A program made the translations under genes and the position numbers. Below the pieces are notes generated by a model. The model made no database searches, was not told where the DNA came from, and worked only from the letters and a program-made list of their open reading frames with translations. From Candidatus Bathyarchaeota archaeon (GTDB taxonomy: Archaea > Thermoproteota > Bathyarchaeia > Bathyarchaeales > Bathycorpusculaceae), in assembly GCA_963707955.1 (NCBI GenBank), contig OY970176.1, positions 800,001 through 864,000 on the forward strand: a DNA stretch of 64,000 nucleotides, given 5' to 3'. Within the stretch, counting starts at the first letter, position 1, and every line of letters begins with the position of its first letter. Positions 30,372-41,201 of the stretch are shown one piece after another.

Positions 30372-30717
30372 GGCAAGCACAATAACCTTTAACTTTCTTG
30401 ACACGCTTATTTCTGGTTGGCGATGAGACAGTTGAGCCATTCCTAATCCCGTCGATACATCCACGCAGACGGACCCAACAGAAGAGAGCAAGTTATGTGC
30501 TTGCCTATTCTTATGACGACGGGTTTACCCAAACGTGGGACACGACGGGCGCGGGCAAAATTCCCTCGACGGAGAGAGCTTAGCTTAGAGGAGCGCATCG
30601 CCCCACAATGAAGTTAAGTGTTAGGTTACGTGGGAGACACTTGCCCGCGACAAAACAACATTCAGAAACGTGCTCTATCGCGCGCGCTCGAGCGCATGGA
30701 GCAGGTTCGCGCGCGCC

Positions 30718-30884
30718 AGCCACATTCAGATTACATTAAGACACTGCTCCAACATGAGTTCATGATCACAGATTTTGAGGAACCAACGCCATCAAAGAAG
30801 GTCATTGAAAAACACTACAGAGAATTCGGTGACGAATACTAGCGCGTCCCATGGTTCCTAGTCATAGGCAGCAAGAAACAATAG
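30718..30884 (+). pseudogene. 3' fragment of a class I SAM methyltransferase-like gene
   Basis: SDYIKTLLQHEFMITDFEEP...EY*RVPWFLVIGSKK begins directly after a GCGCGCGC run and has an internal TAG. Confidence 0.5.
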
Positions 30885-31079
30885 ACGTCGAGCTCTTGGT
30901 TCATATTTGGATCATATCGTTGACCGGGGGTAGGGTGTGTCAGAGCGAGAGAAGAAGAGGTCGGCAAGTCTTGAAAGCCTCATCGAGGATGAATGGGAAA
31001 AGACCGTCGCGCTGCGTCGGAAGCAACTCTTAAGTTTCACTCATACATAGAAGCTAGGAAGAAAACCGCATAGGTAAGG

Positions 31080-32174
31080 TTGAACTTGGACATCGAAACG
31101 AAGATAGAACTTGTCTGCAGACCGCCGACTGAAGAGGTCATAACACCAGAAGACTTGAGGGACCTTCTAGAAGTAGAGGAGCATCCGATAGCTTACAATG
31201 GATGGGAACCATCCGGCCTGGTTCACCTCGGAACAGGCTTGATCTGTGCTTACATGATCAAGGACTTCATAGAGGCTGGAATACGTTACAAGGCGTACCT
31301 TTCCACGTGGCACGCATGGCTGAACAACAAGATGGGCGGAGACCTCAAACTCATCAGAAAAGCAGCGGAACTCTTCAAGCACTCGTGGATAGCCCTAGGC
31401 GTGCCTCCGGAAAGGGTTGAGTTCATCTACTCAGACGAGCTGTACGACGATTTAGACTATTGGGCTAAAGTAGTCATGATTGCGAAGAACCTGTCCATAG
31501 CCAGGGTGACTAGGACGCTGGAGGTTGCTGGAAGAAAAGAATCAGAGGCAAGACGCGTCTCAGACTACATGTACACACCGATGCAGGTTGCCGACATATT
31601 CCACATGGAAGTGAAGATATGTCAGTTAGGCATGGACCAGCGAAAAGCGAACGTCGTCGCCAGAGAACTGGGCGAACGCCTCGGATACTGGAAGCCAGTG
31701 TGCGTGCACCACAGCTACCTTCAAGGACTTGTGAGACCTCCCGTCTGGCCAATCCCGAAAGAAAAAGAGAGAGAGATCCTGTCATCGATAAAAATGTCAA
31801 AAAGCAGGCCGGCCACTTGCATTTTCATCTACGACTCGCCTGAAGAGATAAAGAAAAAGATTTCAATGGCCTTCTGTCCGGAAAAAGCCGTTGAGTATAA
31901 CCCGATACTGGAAATCTGCAAGTACATAATCTTCAAAGAAAAGAAGACATTCACGATAGAAAGGCCTGCCAAGTACGGAGGAAGAGTTGAGTTCCACAGT
32001 TTCCGAGAGCTTGCAAATTCATACGCAAGCGGAAGCCTACACCCACAAGACCTCAAAAACTCAGTGGCTGAAGACCTGGCAGAAATTCTTGCACCAGTAA
32101 GAAGGTACTTCGACTGCAATAGAGAAGCAACTGAGTGCCTGAACCTCGTGAGGAAAGCTGACGTTACAAGGTAG
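31080..32174 (+). CDS. tyrS: Tyrosyl-tRNA synthetase
   Basis: YNGWEPSG, HLGT, YTPMQVAD, GMDQRK, KMSKS, LHPQDLK. Confidence 0.95.
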   Translation: MNLDIETKIELVCRPPTEEVITPEDLRDLLEVEEHPIAYNGWEPSGLVHLGTGLICAYMIKDFIEAGIRYKAYLSTWHAWLNNKMGGDLKLIRKAAELFKHSWIALGVPPERVEFIYSDELYDDLDYWAKVVMIAKNLSIARVTRTLEVAGRKESEARRVSDYMYTPMQVADIFHMEVKICQLGMDQRKANVVARELGERLGYWKPVCVHHSYLQGLVRPPVWPIPKEKEREILSSIKMSKSRPATCIFIYDSPEEIKKKISMAFCPEKAVEYNPILEICKYIIFKEKKTFTIERPAKYGGRVEFHSFRELANSYASGSLHPQDLKNSVAEDLAEILAPVRRYFDCNREATECLNLVRKADVTR

Positions 32175-32179
32175 AAGCC

Positions 32180-32599
32180 TTGTCCAAGCGCCTGAAAGAA
32201 AGAGAAGAGAGAATTCAGCAAGTACTAGCGTGTCTGATAGAAGAATCGATAAAAGGAATTCTCATAATCGTAGAAGGAAGGAATGACGTTGAGACTCTGA
32301 GACAACTGGGCGTGGAGGGAGAGATAATATCCGCAAAAACAGGCGGAAGGACACAACAGGATGTTATCTGTGAATTGGAGGAAAGTGGGGCTAAGGAAGT
32401 GATTATGCTGCTGGACTTTGATAGGCGCGGCAGAGAATGGACAAGAGTGCTCAAGCAACGCTTGGAAAAGGCAAGGATAAAACCCAACCTCACATTTTGG
32501 AATGATCTCATGCGGTTCGCAGGCAGAGAGGTCAAGGATGTTGAAGGGTTGGCCTCCTACACTCAAACGTTGAAGAAGAAAGCTGGCGAAATACCTTAA
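32180..32599 (+). CDS. Small TOPRIM domain protein
   Basis: IVEGRND, LDFDRRG, KDVEGL. Confidence 0.88.
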   Translation: MSKRLKEREERIQQVLACLIEESIKGILIIVEGRNDVETLRQLGVEGEIISAKTGGRTQQDVICELEESGAKEVIMLLDFDRRGREWTRVLKQRLEKARIKPNLTFWNDLMRFAGREVKDVEGLASYTQTLKKKAGEIP

Positions 32600-32747
32600 G
32601 AATGAGAAAAGCTTAAAGACTATGATTTGTAATTCATAAGTGTAATAAATAGTGGATGTTAAGACAAGATCTCGTGGTTGAGAAGAAAAATCCTCAACCC
32701 ACGTGATTAACCATAACCATTAACTCATCACTAGGAGGTGCACGATT

Positions 32748-33893
32748 ACGGGTTCGTCACAGACGTTTACTATAAAGTACGTTATAAACGCTAAATTCGA
32801 AATAGAAGGCGTAGTTGAAAAGCCGGATGTCATCGGAGCGGTTTTCGGGCAGACGGAAGGACTTTTTGGGCCGGAGCTCGACCTTAGAGAACTTCAAAAG
32901 TCAGGCAGAATCGGCAGAATAGAGATTGAACTTCACTCTAAACAGGATAAGACAACGGGCACTATAACCATTCCAACAAGCTTAGACAGAGTCTCCACGG
33001 CTCTGATCGCTTCAAGCATAGAGAGCATAAACAGAGTGGGGCCCTGCGCTTCAAAGGTTACCCTTGAAAAAATCGAGGACGTCAGAGAGGCGCGGAGAAA
33101 AATCATAATCGACAGAGCAAAAGAGATTCTTCACAAGTGGACGATTGAGTCTATGCCCTCGGTCGACGAAGTGTTCAAAGAAGTCGCGGAAACCTTGAAG
33201 CTCGGTAAGGTTGAGAAGTATGGGCCTGAAGAACTTCCCGCTGGACCTGGGCTTGAAAGCGCAAAGGAAATAGTCGTTGTTGAGGGCCGGGCAGACATCA
33301 TAAACCTGATGCGATGCGGACTGTTGAACACAGTGGCGTTGGAAGGGGCAAAGGTTCCTGAGGCAATAAAGACCCTCTGCAAGGAAAAAGAAGCCACAGC
33401 CCTCCTCGACGGGGACAGAGGCGGAGACTTAATTCTGAAGGAACTGCAGCAGGTAACAGACGTGAAATACATTGCTAGGGCGCCAAGGGGAAAAGAAGTT
33501 GAAGAATTGAACTGCAAAGAAATCTTTGACGCGTTGGAAGCCAAGGTTCCAATTCTGGAACAGTACAAGCCACCGAAGAAAGAAAAGCTGAAGACGGAGG
33601 TTCCCAAAGAAATAGTTGAAACGATAAAGACGCTTGAAGGCACTTTAGAGGCAGTTCTCTTAAACGACAAGCTCGAACAGATAGAACGATTGCCCGTAAA
33701 CCAGCTTGCCGAAAAACTTCAGCAGGCAGAAGGGGTGGACACGGTCGTCTTCGACGGCATCATAACGCAGAGGATCGTCGACGTTGCAAGCGAGAAGAAC
33801 ATAAAAAGAATCATTGCTTCACGTCTATCAGACGCTGTAAAACCATCGTTAACAGTTCAGCTGGTAACCTTCCCGGACGTTGCAGAAGGCTAA
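32748..33893 (+). CDS. dnaG: Archaeal DnaG (primase-like, exosome-associated)
   Basis: Conserved N-terminus KYVI.A.FEIEGVVEKPDVIGAVFGQTEGL is in frame upstream of ORF 33036; VVEGRAD, DGDRGG; start apparently non-canonical (ACG 32748 or ATT 32745) after GGAGGTG. Confidence 0.92.
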   Translation, partial: TGSSQTFTIKYVINAKFEIEGVVEKPDVIGAVFGQTEGLFGPELDLRELQKSGRIGRIEIELHSKQDKTTGTITIPTSLDRVSTALIASSIESINRVGPCASKVTLEKIEDVREARRKIIIDRAKEILHKWTIESMPSVDEVFKEVAETLKLGKVEKYGPEELPAGPGLESAKEIVVVEGRADIINLMRCGLLNTVALEGAKVPEAIKTLCKEKEATALLDGDRGGDLILKELQQVTDVKYIARAPRGKEVEELNCKEIFDALEAKVPILEQYKPPKKEKLKTEVPKEIVETIKTLEGTLEAVLLNDKLEQIERLPVNQLAEKLQQAEGVDTVVFDGIITQRIVDVASEKNIKRIIASRLSDAVKPSLTVQLVTFPDVAEG

Positions 33894-36274
33894 CTTTCAA
33901 AGAAATCTGAGAGTTTTCTAGTCTCTTTTTCTCCCTTTTTCGACTGCAAAAGTTGCTCTTCTGATATGCCGAAGCTTTCAAGAATCCTGGTTGCAGCTGG
34001 CACAACCTGCTTCGACACGTAGTACTCCAAGTCCACTTCGTCATACGAAGCGAGCATGTACGGTTTGACCCTTTCATAGAGACGCCCCGTGCCAATAACG
34101 ACTACAAAGCCGATCTTGTCGCCAACGGCAAGTTCCCAGCCCTTTGCCCTAAGCATTTTGGCAGCCTCAACGTGAGAGGCCTTAACCTCATACTCTTCAG
34201 CAGGTTTGGTCAGCGTCTTCCAAATGATTAGATCTCGATAAGCAACACGCTTCTGCCTGAGCTCACAGATGAACTGCTGCACGAAATCGGCAGCCTTCTT
34301 GGGCGACTGTTCCTTCAAGATGATCTCTAAGACTTTTTCCTGCACCTTCTTTGCTATGGCCGCCCAATCTCCGCGTACAACTTCCATACCGACGATGTCA
34401 AGTCGCCCATCTGGTAAAAGACCAGCATACCGCTTCTTTGCTTCAGTAAAAAAAATGCGCACGTAGATCTCGTCCGGTTTGACTTCCAACCCCATTTTCT
34501 CCTTTATCTCTCTTGACAGTTTCTCCACCTTTTCTGGCTGATTCTCAACGAAAATGCTGTCAGTGTCACCGTAGACAACCTTCAACTTCTCTTCTCTGGC
34601 CATTTCGATCGCTGTCAGTATCGTGTGTCTTCCCCACGCAGCGGCTGCCTCAGCAACAGGCTTCACGTACCATCTGGCACCTATCCATCCAGCATACCCG
34701 TAGGAGGCGTTGGTTAAGATCTTCACGGCTTTCTGACGAGCGTCTAAGACACGATACTCCACACTTCCCGGCTTGAGCTTACTCATTTTCGGCCTGATTT
34801 CGTCTCGAACTTCAATCAGGTAAGACAGAACCTCTTTGTAGAAGCCGGGGGGCTCCCTTCGGAACCTATGATTGACTTCAGGAGCTTCGTACGCTCCGCC
34901 AGGAGGCAACGGATCCTTGGGCGACACGTAGGTGTCCGGTGAGAGGTTATAATTGATCATTAAGTTTGGGTACATCGATTTGAAGTCGAGGACAGCGATG
35001 TTTTCGTGCAGCCCTGGCTCTGGCTGAAGCACCAAACCGCCCGTGTAGGACCTGTAGGGCTGCTCAACCCTTCTAGGCACGAGCTCGCCGATCCTGTGAG
35101 TACGCTTTATGAGGAACCATTCCACACGAAAGCCCGCAGTTGCTGTTCCAACGTGGTCCAGCGGCAGACCTACGAGATTGGAAAGCTGCATGGCGAAGTC
35201 CAGAATTGCCTCTGCAATCCCCATAATACAACGGGTATTGTCTGCCGAAAACTTCGCCAAGATCACGCGTTTGTCTTCACTGTCCCAGAAGTCTGGGAAG
35301 TCTATGTCTTCGATGATCTTTCGGTTCTCAATTTTCATGATACCCAAGTAGTCGGCAAGATTGGCCAGAGTCTTGACCTTTACTTCTGGAAATTCCTCTG
35401 CATAGTCTGCAAGGTCCAGGTTTGCCCTTCCGGTCAGCGAAACGTGGCCGTACACGCTCGTGTGAGGTTCAGTCTGAGTCCTGTCAACATTCAAGTGTAA
35501 TCCGAGCTTCTTGCATCTCTCTTTGAGAAAAGGCCAGTCTTGCCCATTGTTGCCGTAGCCTACGATTATGTCTGGATCGAAGCTTCGAACGTACTCCGCA
35601 AAAGCCTCCAACACTGGCTTGTCGCTCTTGTCATCGCCGGCCAAGAACTGTTTATGTTCGCCCCTGTTGGTTGCGGCTGAAACAATTATCACGGGATTTC
35701 TGTCTGGTTTAGGCGAGCCTTCTCTGCTGTAGTAGATTGATGAAAAGCCTAGTATGCGCAGGGGCGGAGCTTCAACCTTTTCAAGAAGTTGCGGAAATGA
35801 TTTTGCTGAGTAAACCTTGCCAATTCGAGCCTTGCTTTTGTTAGGTTCGCCAACTACTTCTATTTCATGCCATCCGCATGGAACAACGTTGTTGTCTATC
35901 ATGTACCGCATAGTGTATCGAATGTCGTCTTCGAGACAGTCTTTGATGCCTTCGAGCTTTCGAAGAGCCTTCGCATAATCCAGCATAACATCAGGATTCT
36001 TGCAGTAAACCTTCACGGCCTTCACAGGTTTTCCAAAAAACTTTCGCTCAACAATTTCAAGCTTCGAAACGCATGGAAAACGACCTTGACCAATTTCGTT
36101 GACGACCTTCTCAGGGTCTGCTGCTTCTTCAATCACAGCGTAGAAGTACGAGACAAAGTTCCTGTCTATGACAAGCACTCTTTCTCCAGAAGAGGTCACA
36201 CCCCAGAGCCAGATTTCTGGAACGTCGTCCTTAACCTCGTAGTTCAAGTCTAAGAGCCAAAAAGTGACTTTCAT
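33890..36274 (-). CDS. polB: Family B DNA polymerase
   Basis: DFKSMYP, K..TNASYGY, YGDTDS, KKRY. Confidence 0.96.
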   Translation of the reverse strand: MKVTFWLLDLNYEVKDDVPEIWLWGVTSSGERVLVIDRNFVSYFYAVIEEAADPEKVVNEIGQGRFPCVSKLEIVERKFFGKPVKAVKVYCKNPDVMLDYAKALRKLEGIKDCLEDDIRYTMRYMIDNNVVPCGWHEIEVVGEPNKSKARIGKVYSAKSFPQLLEKVEAPPLRILGFSSIYYSREGSPKPDRNPVIIVSAATNRGEHKQFLAGDDKSDKPVLEAFAEYVRSFDPDIIVGYGNNGQDWPFLKERCKKLGLHLNVDRTQTEPHTSVYGHVSLTGRANLDLADYAEEFPEVKVKTLANLADYLGIMKIENRKIIEDIDFPDFWDSEDKRVILAKFSADNTRCIMGIAEAILDFAMQLSNLVGLPLDHVGTATAGFRVEWFLIKRTHRIGELVPRRVEQPYRSYTGGLVLQPEPGLHENIAVLDFKSMYPNLMINYNLSPDTYVSPKDPLPPGGAYEAPEVNHRFRREPPGFYKEVLSYLIEVRDEIRPKMSKLKPGSVEYRVLDARQKAVKILTNASYGYAGWIGARWYVKPVAEAAAAWGRHTILTAIEMAREEKLKVVYGDTDSIFVENQPEKVEKLSREIKEKMGLEVKPDEIYVRIFFTEAKKRYAGLLPDGRLDIVGMEVVRGDWAAIAKKVQEKVLEIILKEQSPKKAADFVQQFICELRQKRVAYRDLIIWKTLTKPAEEYEVKASHVEAAKMLRAKGWELAVGDKIGFVVVIGTGRLYERVKPYMLASYDEVDLEYYVSKQVVPAATRILESFGISEEQLLQSKKGEKETRKLSDFFES

Positions 36275-36389
36275 CGAAGATTCTCCAATCCTGGACTATC
36301 ATTAGTGGATGAAGACATGCTTTTAAATGCTTTAGATTCTGTGAAAATCCAAAAGATGAAGTATGTTTGAACGATTTCAAGAAGCTGGC

Positions 36390-38513
36390 TCACACATGCT
36401 TCTTGAGCAAGTCCACTACGTCGGGGTAGTCTATTCCCAAAGCTTTCACTTTCTCGACAGTGGGCACGCCGTTTGCGTTCCATCCTCGTCTTGCGTAAAC
36501 AGCGTCTTTCAGTCTTTCGTACTCCGTCTCTCTGTACTTCCTAAGGACAGCCATCTTCTCCTCGGTTGACTTACCCTGAGGGTTGTAACCGAGCTTTTCC
36601 TTAAGTTGCTCATCGTAGCGTTCTGCTCTGCTTTCGTACTCTTCCTTGGTTACTGGGCCCACAGCGCGGTAGGGTAACGTGTCATGCTGGCGGGTGCCGA
36701 AACCCATCTTCAGGCTGAGGATTCGTTGAAAGTTGTAGACCCTCTCGCTCATGAAGAGCAAATCGTCTCGAGTAGTCTTTATGCCCGTGACCGCTGAGAA
36801 AAACTTCGCATAGTTTTCGACGTGTGAAATGACCTTGGCGGGTTCTTTCGTTTCCTTGTTGTCCATTGGAACCACATCGTTCCACGGAAGTTTGCAGAGG
36901 CCGTTCAGGCCAAACCAAGTGCGGAACATGGGGAACCAGTGCAGGTTTTCAGCCTTCTGCTCAAAGGTGGGCATCAGGTTGTGCACCATGTCTAAGAATA
37001 TGAGCCAAGCTTCGTCATGCTGAGGACCTTTCAGGGTGAGCCCGTAGCCGCCCTGCTGGGCTAACGATTCCTTCGTCACATACTCGGAGAACTCTAACCC
37101 TTTTGATTCCATACCGATGTCTTGCAGAACCCTGGAGTCTACGCCGTATTTCTCTGCGAAAAGCCTCTTCATCCGTCTGATTCCCTGTCCAACTACGACG
37201 CCGAAGCCTACACCCTTCGCCATCTGATGAACCAACTCAAGAGCCGCTTCCTTGTTGCCGAACCTCAAGTCCAGACCCTCAGTCACTTTCTTGTCGATGA
37301 GTCCCATCTCGTAGCATTCCATTGCAAAGGCGGTGGCTGTGCCCACTGAAATTGTGTCCAAACCGTACGTGTCGCAGTAGAAGTTCATCTCAACAACATG
37401 GTCGGCATCGAATATTCCACAGTTGCTTCCTACACCGGCGATTGTTTCGTATTCTGGTCCGTTCACGAACACTTTCTGCCCTTTGTAGGGACCTGTTTTG
37501 AGCTCAAAGTCTTTGACGCCGTGGGCACATGACATTGCACAGCCCATCCAGCAACCGTCAAAGCCTTTGTGGAACTTCTTTCTGTAGACTTCTCGCCCCA
37601 ATTTCTCTGCTTCAGGGTTGCTGCCGAACCTGAAGTTGTTTATAGGAAGCAGGTCGAACTCGTTCATTATCAGCACGAGATGAGCCGTGCCCACGGAGGC
37701 CATTTCGTTTTGCGTGGGGTCAAGGTTTCTGATCTCCTGACTGTGAGCCGTGCCAACCTGCTTAACCATTTCCGGGTCAGCCGGACCGTTTGTGTCTACT
37801 GAAATTTTGCCAGAGTACTTGACAGCTATTGCCTTCACTCTCTTGTTCCTTAGGACGGTGCCTATTCCCCCTCTGCCAGCCTGTTTGAACCTGTGGATCT
37901 TGCGTACAGCGTCGTACCATGAGAGGTTAAGGCATCCAAATCGCGTGTGCTCAGCGCCTGGACCTGAAGAAACGATGGATATGCACCGGCCGTTGTCCCC
38001 GCCATATTTCTTGGCCAAATAGTCCGTAATCGCATAAGTCTCTGACGGTAGTTGTGAGGCATCTTCAATTTGGACTTTGCCTTCGTCACCGTCGATTAGA
38101 ACGATGACTTCAGACTTGGCTTTTCCTTGAATCTCAAGCGCGTCCCATCCCGCAAATTTCAAGTAGGGTCCAAAGTATCCGCCAACGTTCGAGTCGACAA
38201 CGGTGTCGGTCAACGGAGATATCGAAACCGCTATGCTCTTTCCACTGCCAGGATAGACAGGTGTTCCCCCTAACGGGCCGCATGCAATGCAGATTTCGTT
38301 TTCAGGGTCGTCCCATTTGACGATGCGGTCTCTGGGCAGGGCGTTCCAGAGAAGCCAGAGGTTGAAGCCGCGGCCGCCTATGAATTTTTCCTTCATCTCT
38401 TGGCTGACTGGTTTGCTTGCGACTTGCATGTTTGTGAGGTTTACGTACAAGGTTCTGTTGTTGTAGCCTCTTTCAACTTTGTTTAGCTCGTACCTGAACT
38501 CAGCGATGACCAA
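36390..38513 (-). CDS. Aldehyde:ferredoxin oxidoreductase family
   Basis: FIGGRG, SPLT..DSNVGG, AGRGG.G, C..C...C, GPEYET, GLDTIS. Confidence 0.92.
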   Translation of the reverse strand: MVIAEFRYELNKVERGYNNRTLYVNLTNMQVASKPVSQEMKEKFIGGRGFNLWLLWNALPRDRIVKWDDPENEICIACGPLGGTPVYPGSGKSIAVSISPLTDTVVDSNVGGYFGPYLKFAGWDALEIQGKAKSEVIVLIDGDEGKVQIEDASQLPSETYAITDYLAKKYGGDNGRCISIVSSGPGAEHTRFGCLNLSWYDAVRKIHRFKQAGRGGIGTVLRNKRVKAIAVKYSGKISVDTNGPADPEMVKQVGTAHSQEIRNLDPTQNEMASVGTAHLVLIMNEFDLLPINNFRFGSNPEAEKLGREVYRKKFHKGFDGCWMGCAMSCAHGVKDFELKTGPYKGQKVFVNGPEYETIAGVGSNCGIFDADHVVEMNFYCDTYGLDTISVGTATAFAMECYEMGLIDKKVTEGLDLRFGNKEAALELVHQMAKGVGFGVVVGQGIRRMKRLFAEKYGVDSRVLQDIGMESKGLEFSEYVTKESLAQQGGYGLTLKGPQHDEAWLIFLDMVHNLMPTFEQKAENLHWFPMFRTWFGLNGLCKLPWNDVVPMDNKETKEPAKVISHVENYAKFFSAVTGIKTTRDDLLFMSERVYNFQRILSLKMGFGTRQHDTLPYRAVGPVTKEEYESRAERYDEQLKEKLGYNPQGKSTEEKMAVLRKYRETEYERLKDAVYARRGWNANGVPTVEKVKALGIDYPDVVDLLKKHV

Positions 38514-38686
38514 ACACGGCCACCTTTACACGATTTTGAAGCAAGAGCAACACGAGACGAACAAATAGCCTTTTCGACGTGAAATTATGAGTTAAGACCT
38601 CAATCCAAACCGATCGTCTGCCTCAAGGGACTAAAGCGTTCGACCTCGTATTGCTTGATTTACACCTTTAATAGACGAAGAGATTA

Positions 38687-39802
38687 TTGGATGCTGAACA
38701 CGAAGCTTACAGGCTGAGAGTCTTGAGAATATTGGAAATAAACCGCAAGAAGCAGTATGTGAAGGTCATTCCAGAAACAGCGGATGATTTCTGGCACTTA
38801 TATAACGTTATTCGCAAGGATGACATGGTTTACGCTAGAACAACTCGAGAAATGAAGGCTGACGAGAAGTACGGGAGACCCAAGCGCGGAGAAAGAATCC
38901 CTGTTTTTCTGGGCGTCAGCGTTGAAAAGGTGGACTGGGACAGGTTCTTAGGCAGGCTTAGAGTTCACGGAATCATCCGCGATGCTCCTGAGGACGTTCC
39001 ATCAGGTGTGCACCACACGCTTAACGTCACGCTCAACACGCCGATGACGATCGTCAAAGAGGATTGGGCTGAGCATGAAATTGAGAGGTTACAGAGGGCG
39101 AGCAAAACGTCTGAGAAACCGATTATAATAATCTCGATAGACGACGAGGGCTATGCGATTGCTACAACGGCTCAGTACGGCGTTGAAGAGAGGGTTGAGC
39201 AGAGAATGAGGCTTCCTGGAAAGTTGGAGACTGAGAAAAGAGATGCGGCTACGAGTGTATACTTTAGGGGAGCACTCAACAGTCTGCGGGAGATCTGGAC
39301 GCAGACGCGTAGCCCTATAGCAGTCATCGGCGTCGGTTTCATAAAGAATGATTTTGCAAAGTTTATAGAGAACGAGGCTGCCGACTTGGCGAGGTCGGTG
39401 GTAGACGTGAAAAGTGTCAACAGCGACGGTGTTGCTGGAATATACGAGGCGTTGCGTGCAGGAATACTTTTGAAAGCGGTGAAGCATCTGCGGGTTTCTG
39501 AAGAAGCAAGCGTGGTGGAAGAAGTTTTGAAGAGGCTGGGAAAGGGCGAGTCAAACGTTACTTACGGTTTTGAAGAGGTTGAGAAGGCAGCGAAGCTTGG
39601 GGCTGTCGAAAAACTTGTTTTGGCAGATGCGGTGCTCCGTAGGGCTGACGAACAGAAGCGCTTGCTGGTCGAGGAGATCATGACGACCGTTGAACAGAAG
39701 GGTGGCGGTACCACCATGATCGTGAGCACTGAGCATGAAGCGGGGTTAAAACTGCTTGCTTTGAGCGGGATAGCCGCGCTTCTTCGCTACCCAGTTTTCT
39801 GA
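38687..39802 (+). CDS. pelA: Pelota (Dom34) mRNA surveillance protein
   Basis: PETADDFWHL, RLRVHG, HHTL, HEAG..L.ALSGIAALLRY; start probably TTG near 38721. Confidence 0.95.
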   Translation: MDAEHEAYRLRVLRILEINRKKQYVKVIPETADDFWHLYNVIRKDDMVYARTTREMKADEKYGRPKRGERIPVFLGVSVEKVDWDRFLGRLRVHGIIRDAPEDVPSGVHHTLNVTLNTPMTIVKEDWAEHEIERLQRASKTSEKPIIIISIDDEGYAIATTAQYGVEERVEQRMRLPGKLETEKRDAATSVYFRGALNSLREIWTQTRSPIAVIGVGFIKNDFAKFIENEAADLARSVVDVKSVNSDGVAGIYEALRAGILLKAVKHLRVSEEASVVEEVLKRLGKGESNVTYGFEEVEKAAKLGAVEKLVLADAVLRRADEQKRLLVEEIMTTVEQKGGGTTMIVSTEHEAGLKLLALSGIAALLRYPVF

Positions 39803-39917
39803 ACATCAAAAAACCAACCCTATATCCATTCTCGAATGCAAGAAGTCCGCGCTCGAATCAAAACTGTATTATATAAAGCCATGCTATATCAGTCGAATGA
39901 GTTTGAGATGAAAAAGA

Positions 39918-40487
39918 ATGCCGAAGACAAAACCCACAATACACATTCAAAACATCGTTGCGTCAGCAGCGCTTAACCAGAGGATAAACTTGGGAAAGAT
40001 AGTTCAGAAGTTCCCCTTTGCCGAGTACAGCCCCCGTGTGTTCCCAGGACTCGTTTTCCGGCTGAAGAAGCCGAAGACGGCTACTCTCATATTTGAAACG
40101 GGCAAGATGGTCTGCACAGGTGCGAAATCGGAGAAGGAAGCGATTCAAGCGGTGAACAAGGTTACTAAGGAGCTGCGAAGCCATGGGATACCGCTTCCAA
40201 ACAAGCCTGAGGTTAAAATCCAGAACATCGTTGCTTCTGCAGAGTTGAACGGAGAAATAGACTTGGAAAACGTTGTCTACAAGCTTCAAAAAGTGATGTA
40301 TGAGCCCGAGCAGTTTCCGGGAGCAGTTTACAGGATGGATGTCCCGAAGGTTGTGTTCCTCATATTCTCAGCTGGGAAGCTGGTGTGCGTGGGGGCAAAG
40401 CGGGAGGGGGACGTCTACGAAGCGGTCGGCAAGCTTCAGCAGATACTGGAGGAGAAGGAGCTCATTTTTTACCCGCCCGATGCGTGA
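39918..40487 (+). CDS. tbp: TATA-box binding protein
   Basis: Two IQNIVASA repeats, FPGLVFRL, YEPEQFPG. Confidence 0.97.
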   Translation: MPKTKPTIHIQNIVASAALNQRINLGKIVQKFPFAEYSPRVFPGLVFRLKKPKTATLIFETGKMVCTGAKSEKEAIQAVNKVTKELRSHGIPLPNKPEVKIQNIVASAELNGEIDLENVVYKLQKVMYEPEQFPGAVYRMDVPKVVFLIFSAGKLVCVGAKREGDVYEAVGKLQQILEEKELIFYPPDA

Positions 40488-40490
40488 AGC

Positions 40491-41201
40491 TTAAGAATGG
40501 CTTTTCAGTCGCCTGCGAACTGCAGGATTCTCTTTGACAAGCCTTCTCAGAACCATCTCGAAAGTCTCGCTTGGAGCAAGCTCCTGCTTTATGAAAACGC
40601 CTGTTCTGCCGATTTCGTCTCTTCTGAGAAGGGCATGAACGCGGTCCAGCACTGTTTCCACAGCTATGCCTAACGTTTTTGCAACGTGCTCCTCTCGGCC
40701 CACGACCGTGCTCTCTATGTGGCCTTTCTCCATCGGTTCGATGAGCATCAAGCGCTTGTCGACGCCGGGCGTTCGCAGACCTTTTCTGACGCTGCCAGAG
40801 TTGACTTCGCCGCCGAACCTGTAGAATTCTCTTTCAACCTTGCGGAGTCTCATCAGGGGAAACGTGACGCTGGTGCTCTCGTCGACCTCGATCGTGGCTT
40901 TCATGGCGTACGTAGGCGTGGCCTGAACGACCAAACGTCTGTTGACTGATATGCCTGCTTTTTCCAAGGTCGTTTCTACGGTAAAAGATGAAACTTGGGT
41001 TGGTATGAAGATGTCGATGTCGCTTTTCTCGGACACATCTCCTCTTGCGATGCTTCCGTGCACGAGGGTTTCCACATGGGCTTTTTCGATGGATTCCATC
41101 ATGCGGAGAGTTTTCTTCCTAAGCTGTTCAAGCAGAAGCCAACGGTCACCGGTGTAGACGACCATTCGAAGTTCTGGACGCCTTATGGGCTTCTTTGCCA
41201 T
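40491..41201 (-). CDS. Nucleotidyltransferase domain protein
   Basis: HGSIARGDV...SDIDI, GVDKRL. Confidence 0.85.
   Translation of the reverse strand: MAKKPIRRPELRMVVYTGDRWLLLEQLRKKTLRMMESIEKAHVETLVHGSIARGDVSEKSDIDIFIPTQVSSFTVETTLEKAGISVNRRLVVQATPTYAMKATIEVDESTSVTFPLMRLRKVEREFYRFGGEVNSGSVRKGLRTPGVDKRLMLIEPMEKGHIESTVVGREEHVAKTLGIAVETVLDRVHALLRRDEIGRTGVFIKQELAPSETFEMVLRRLVKENPAVRRRLKSHS

Noticed and set aside
30550-30649. Inverted repeat CGCGGGCAA/TTGCCCGCG as a MITE
   Set aside because: Only 9 bp, single copy, no target-site duplication seen
30840-30842. In-frame TAG in the methyltransferase fragment as pyrrolysine readthrough
   Set aside because: The gene is already 5'-truncated and no pyl genes are in the window; a nonsense mutation is simpler
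33890-36274. polB plus cas1 as a casposon
   Set aside because: polB is a cellular-type enzyme in core context, 26 kb from cas1, with no terminal inverted repeats
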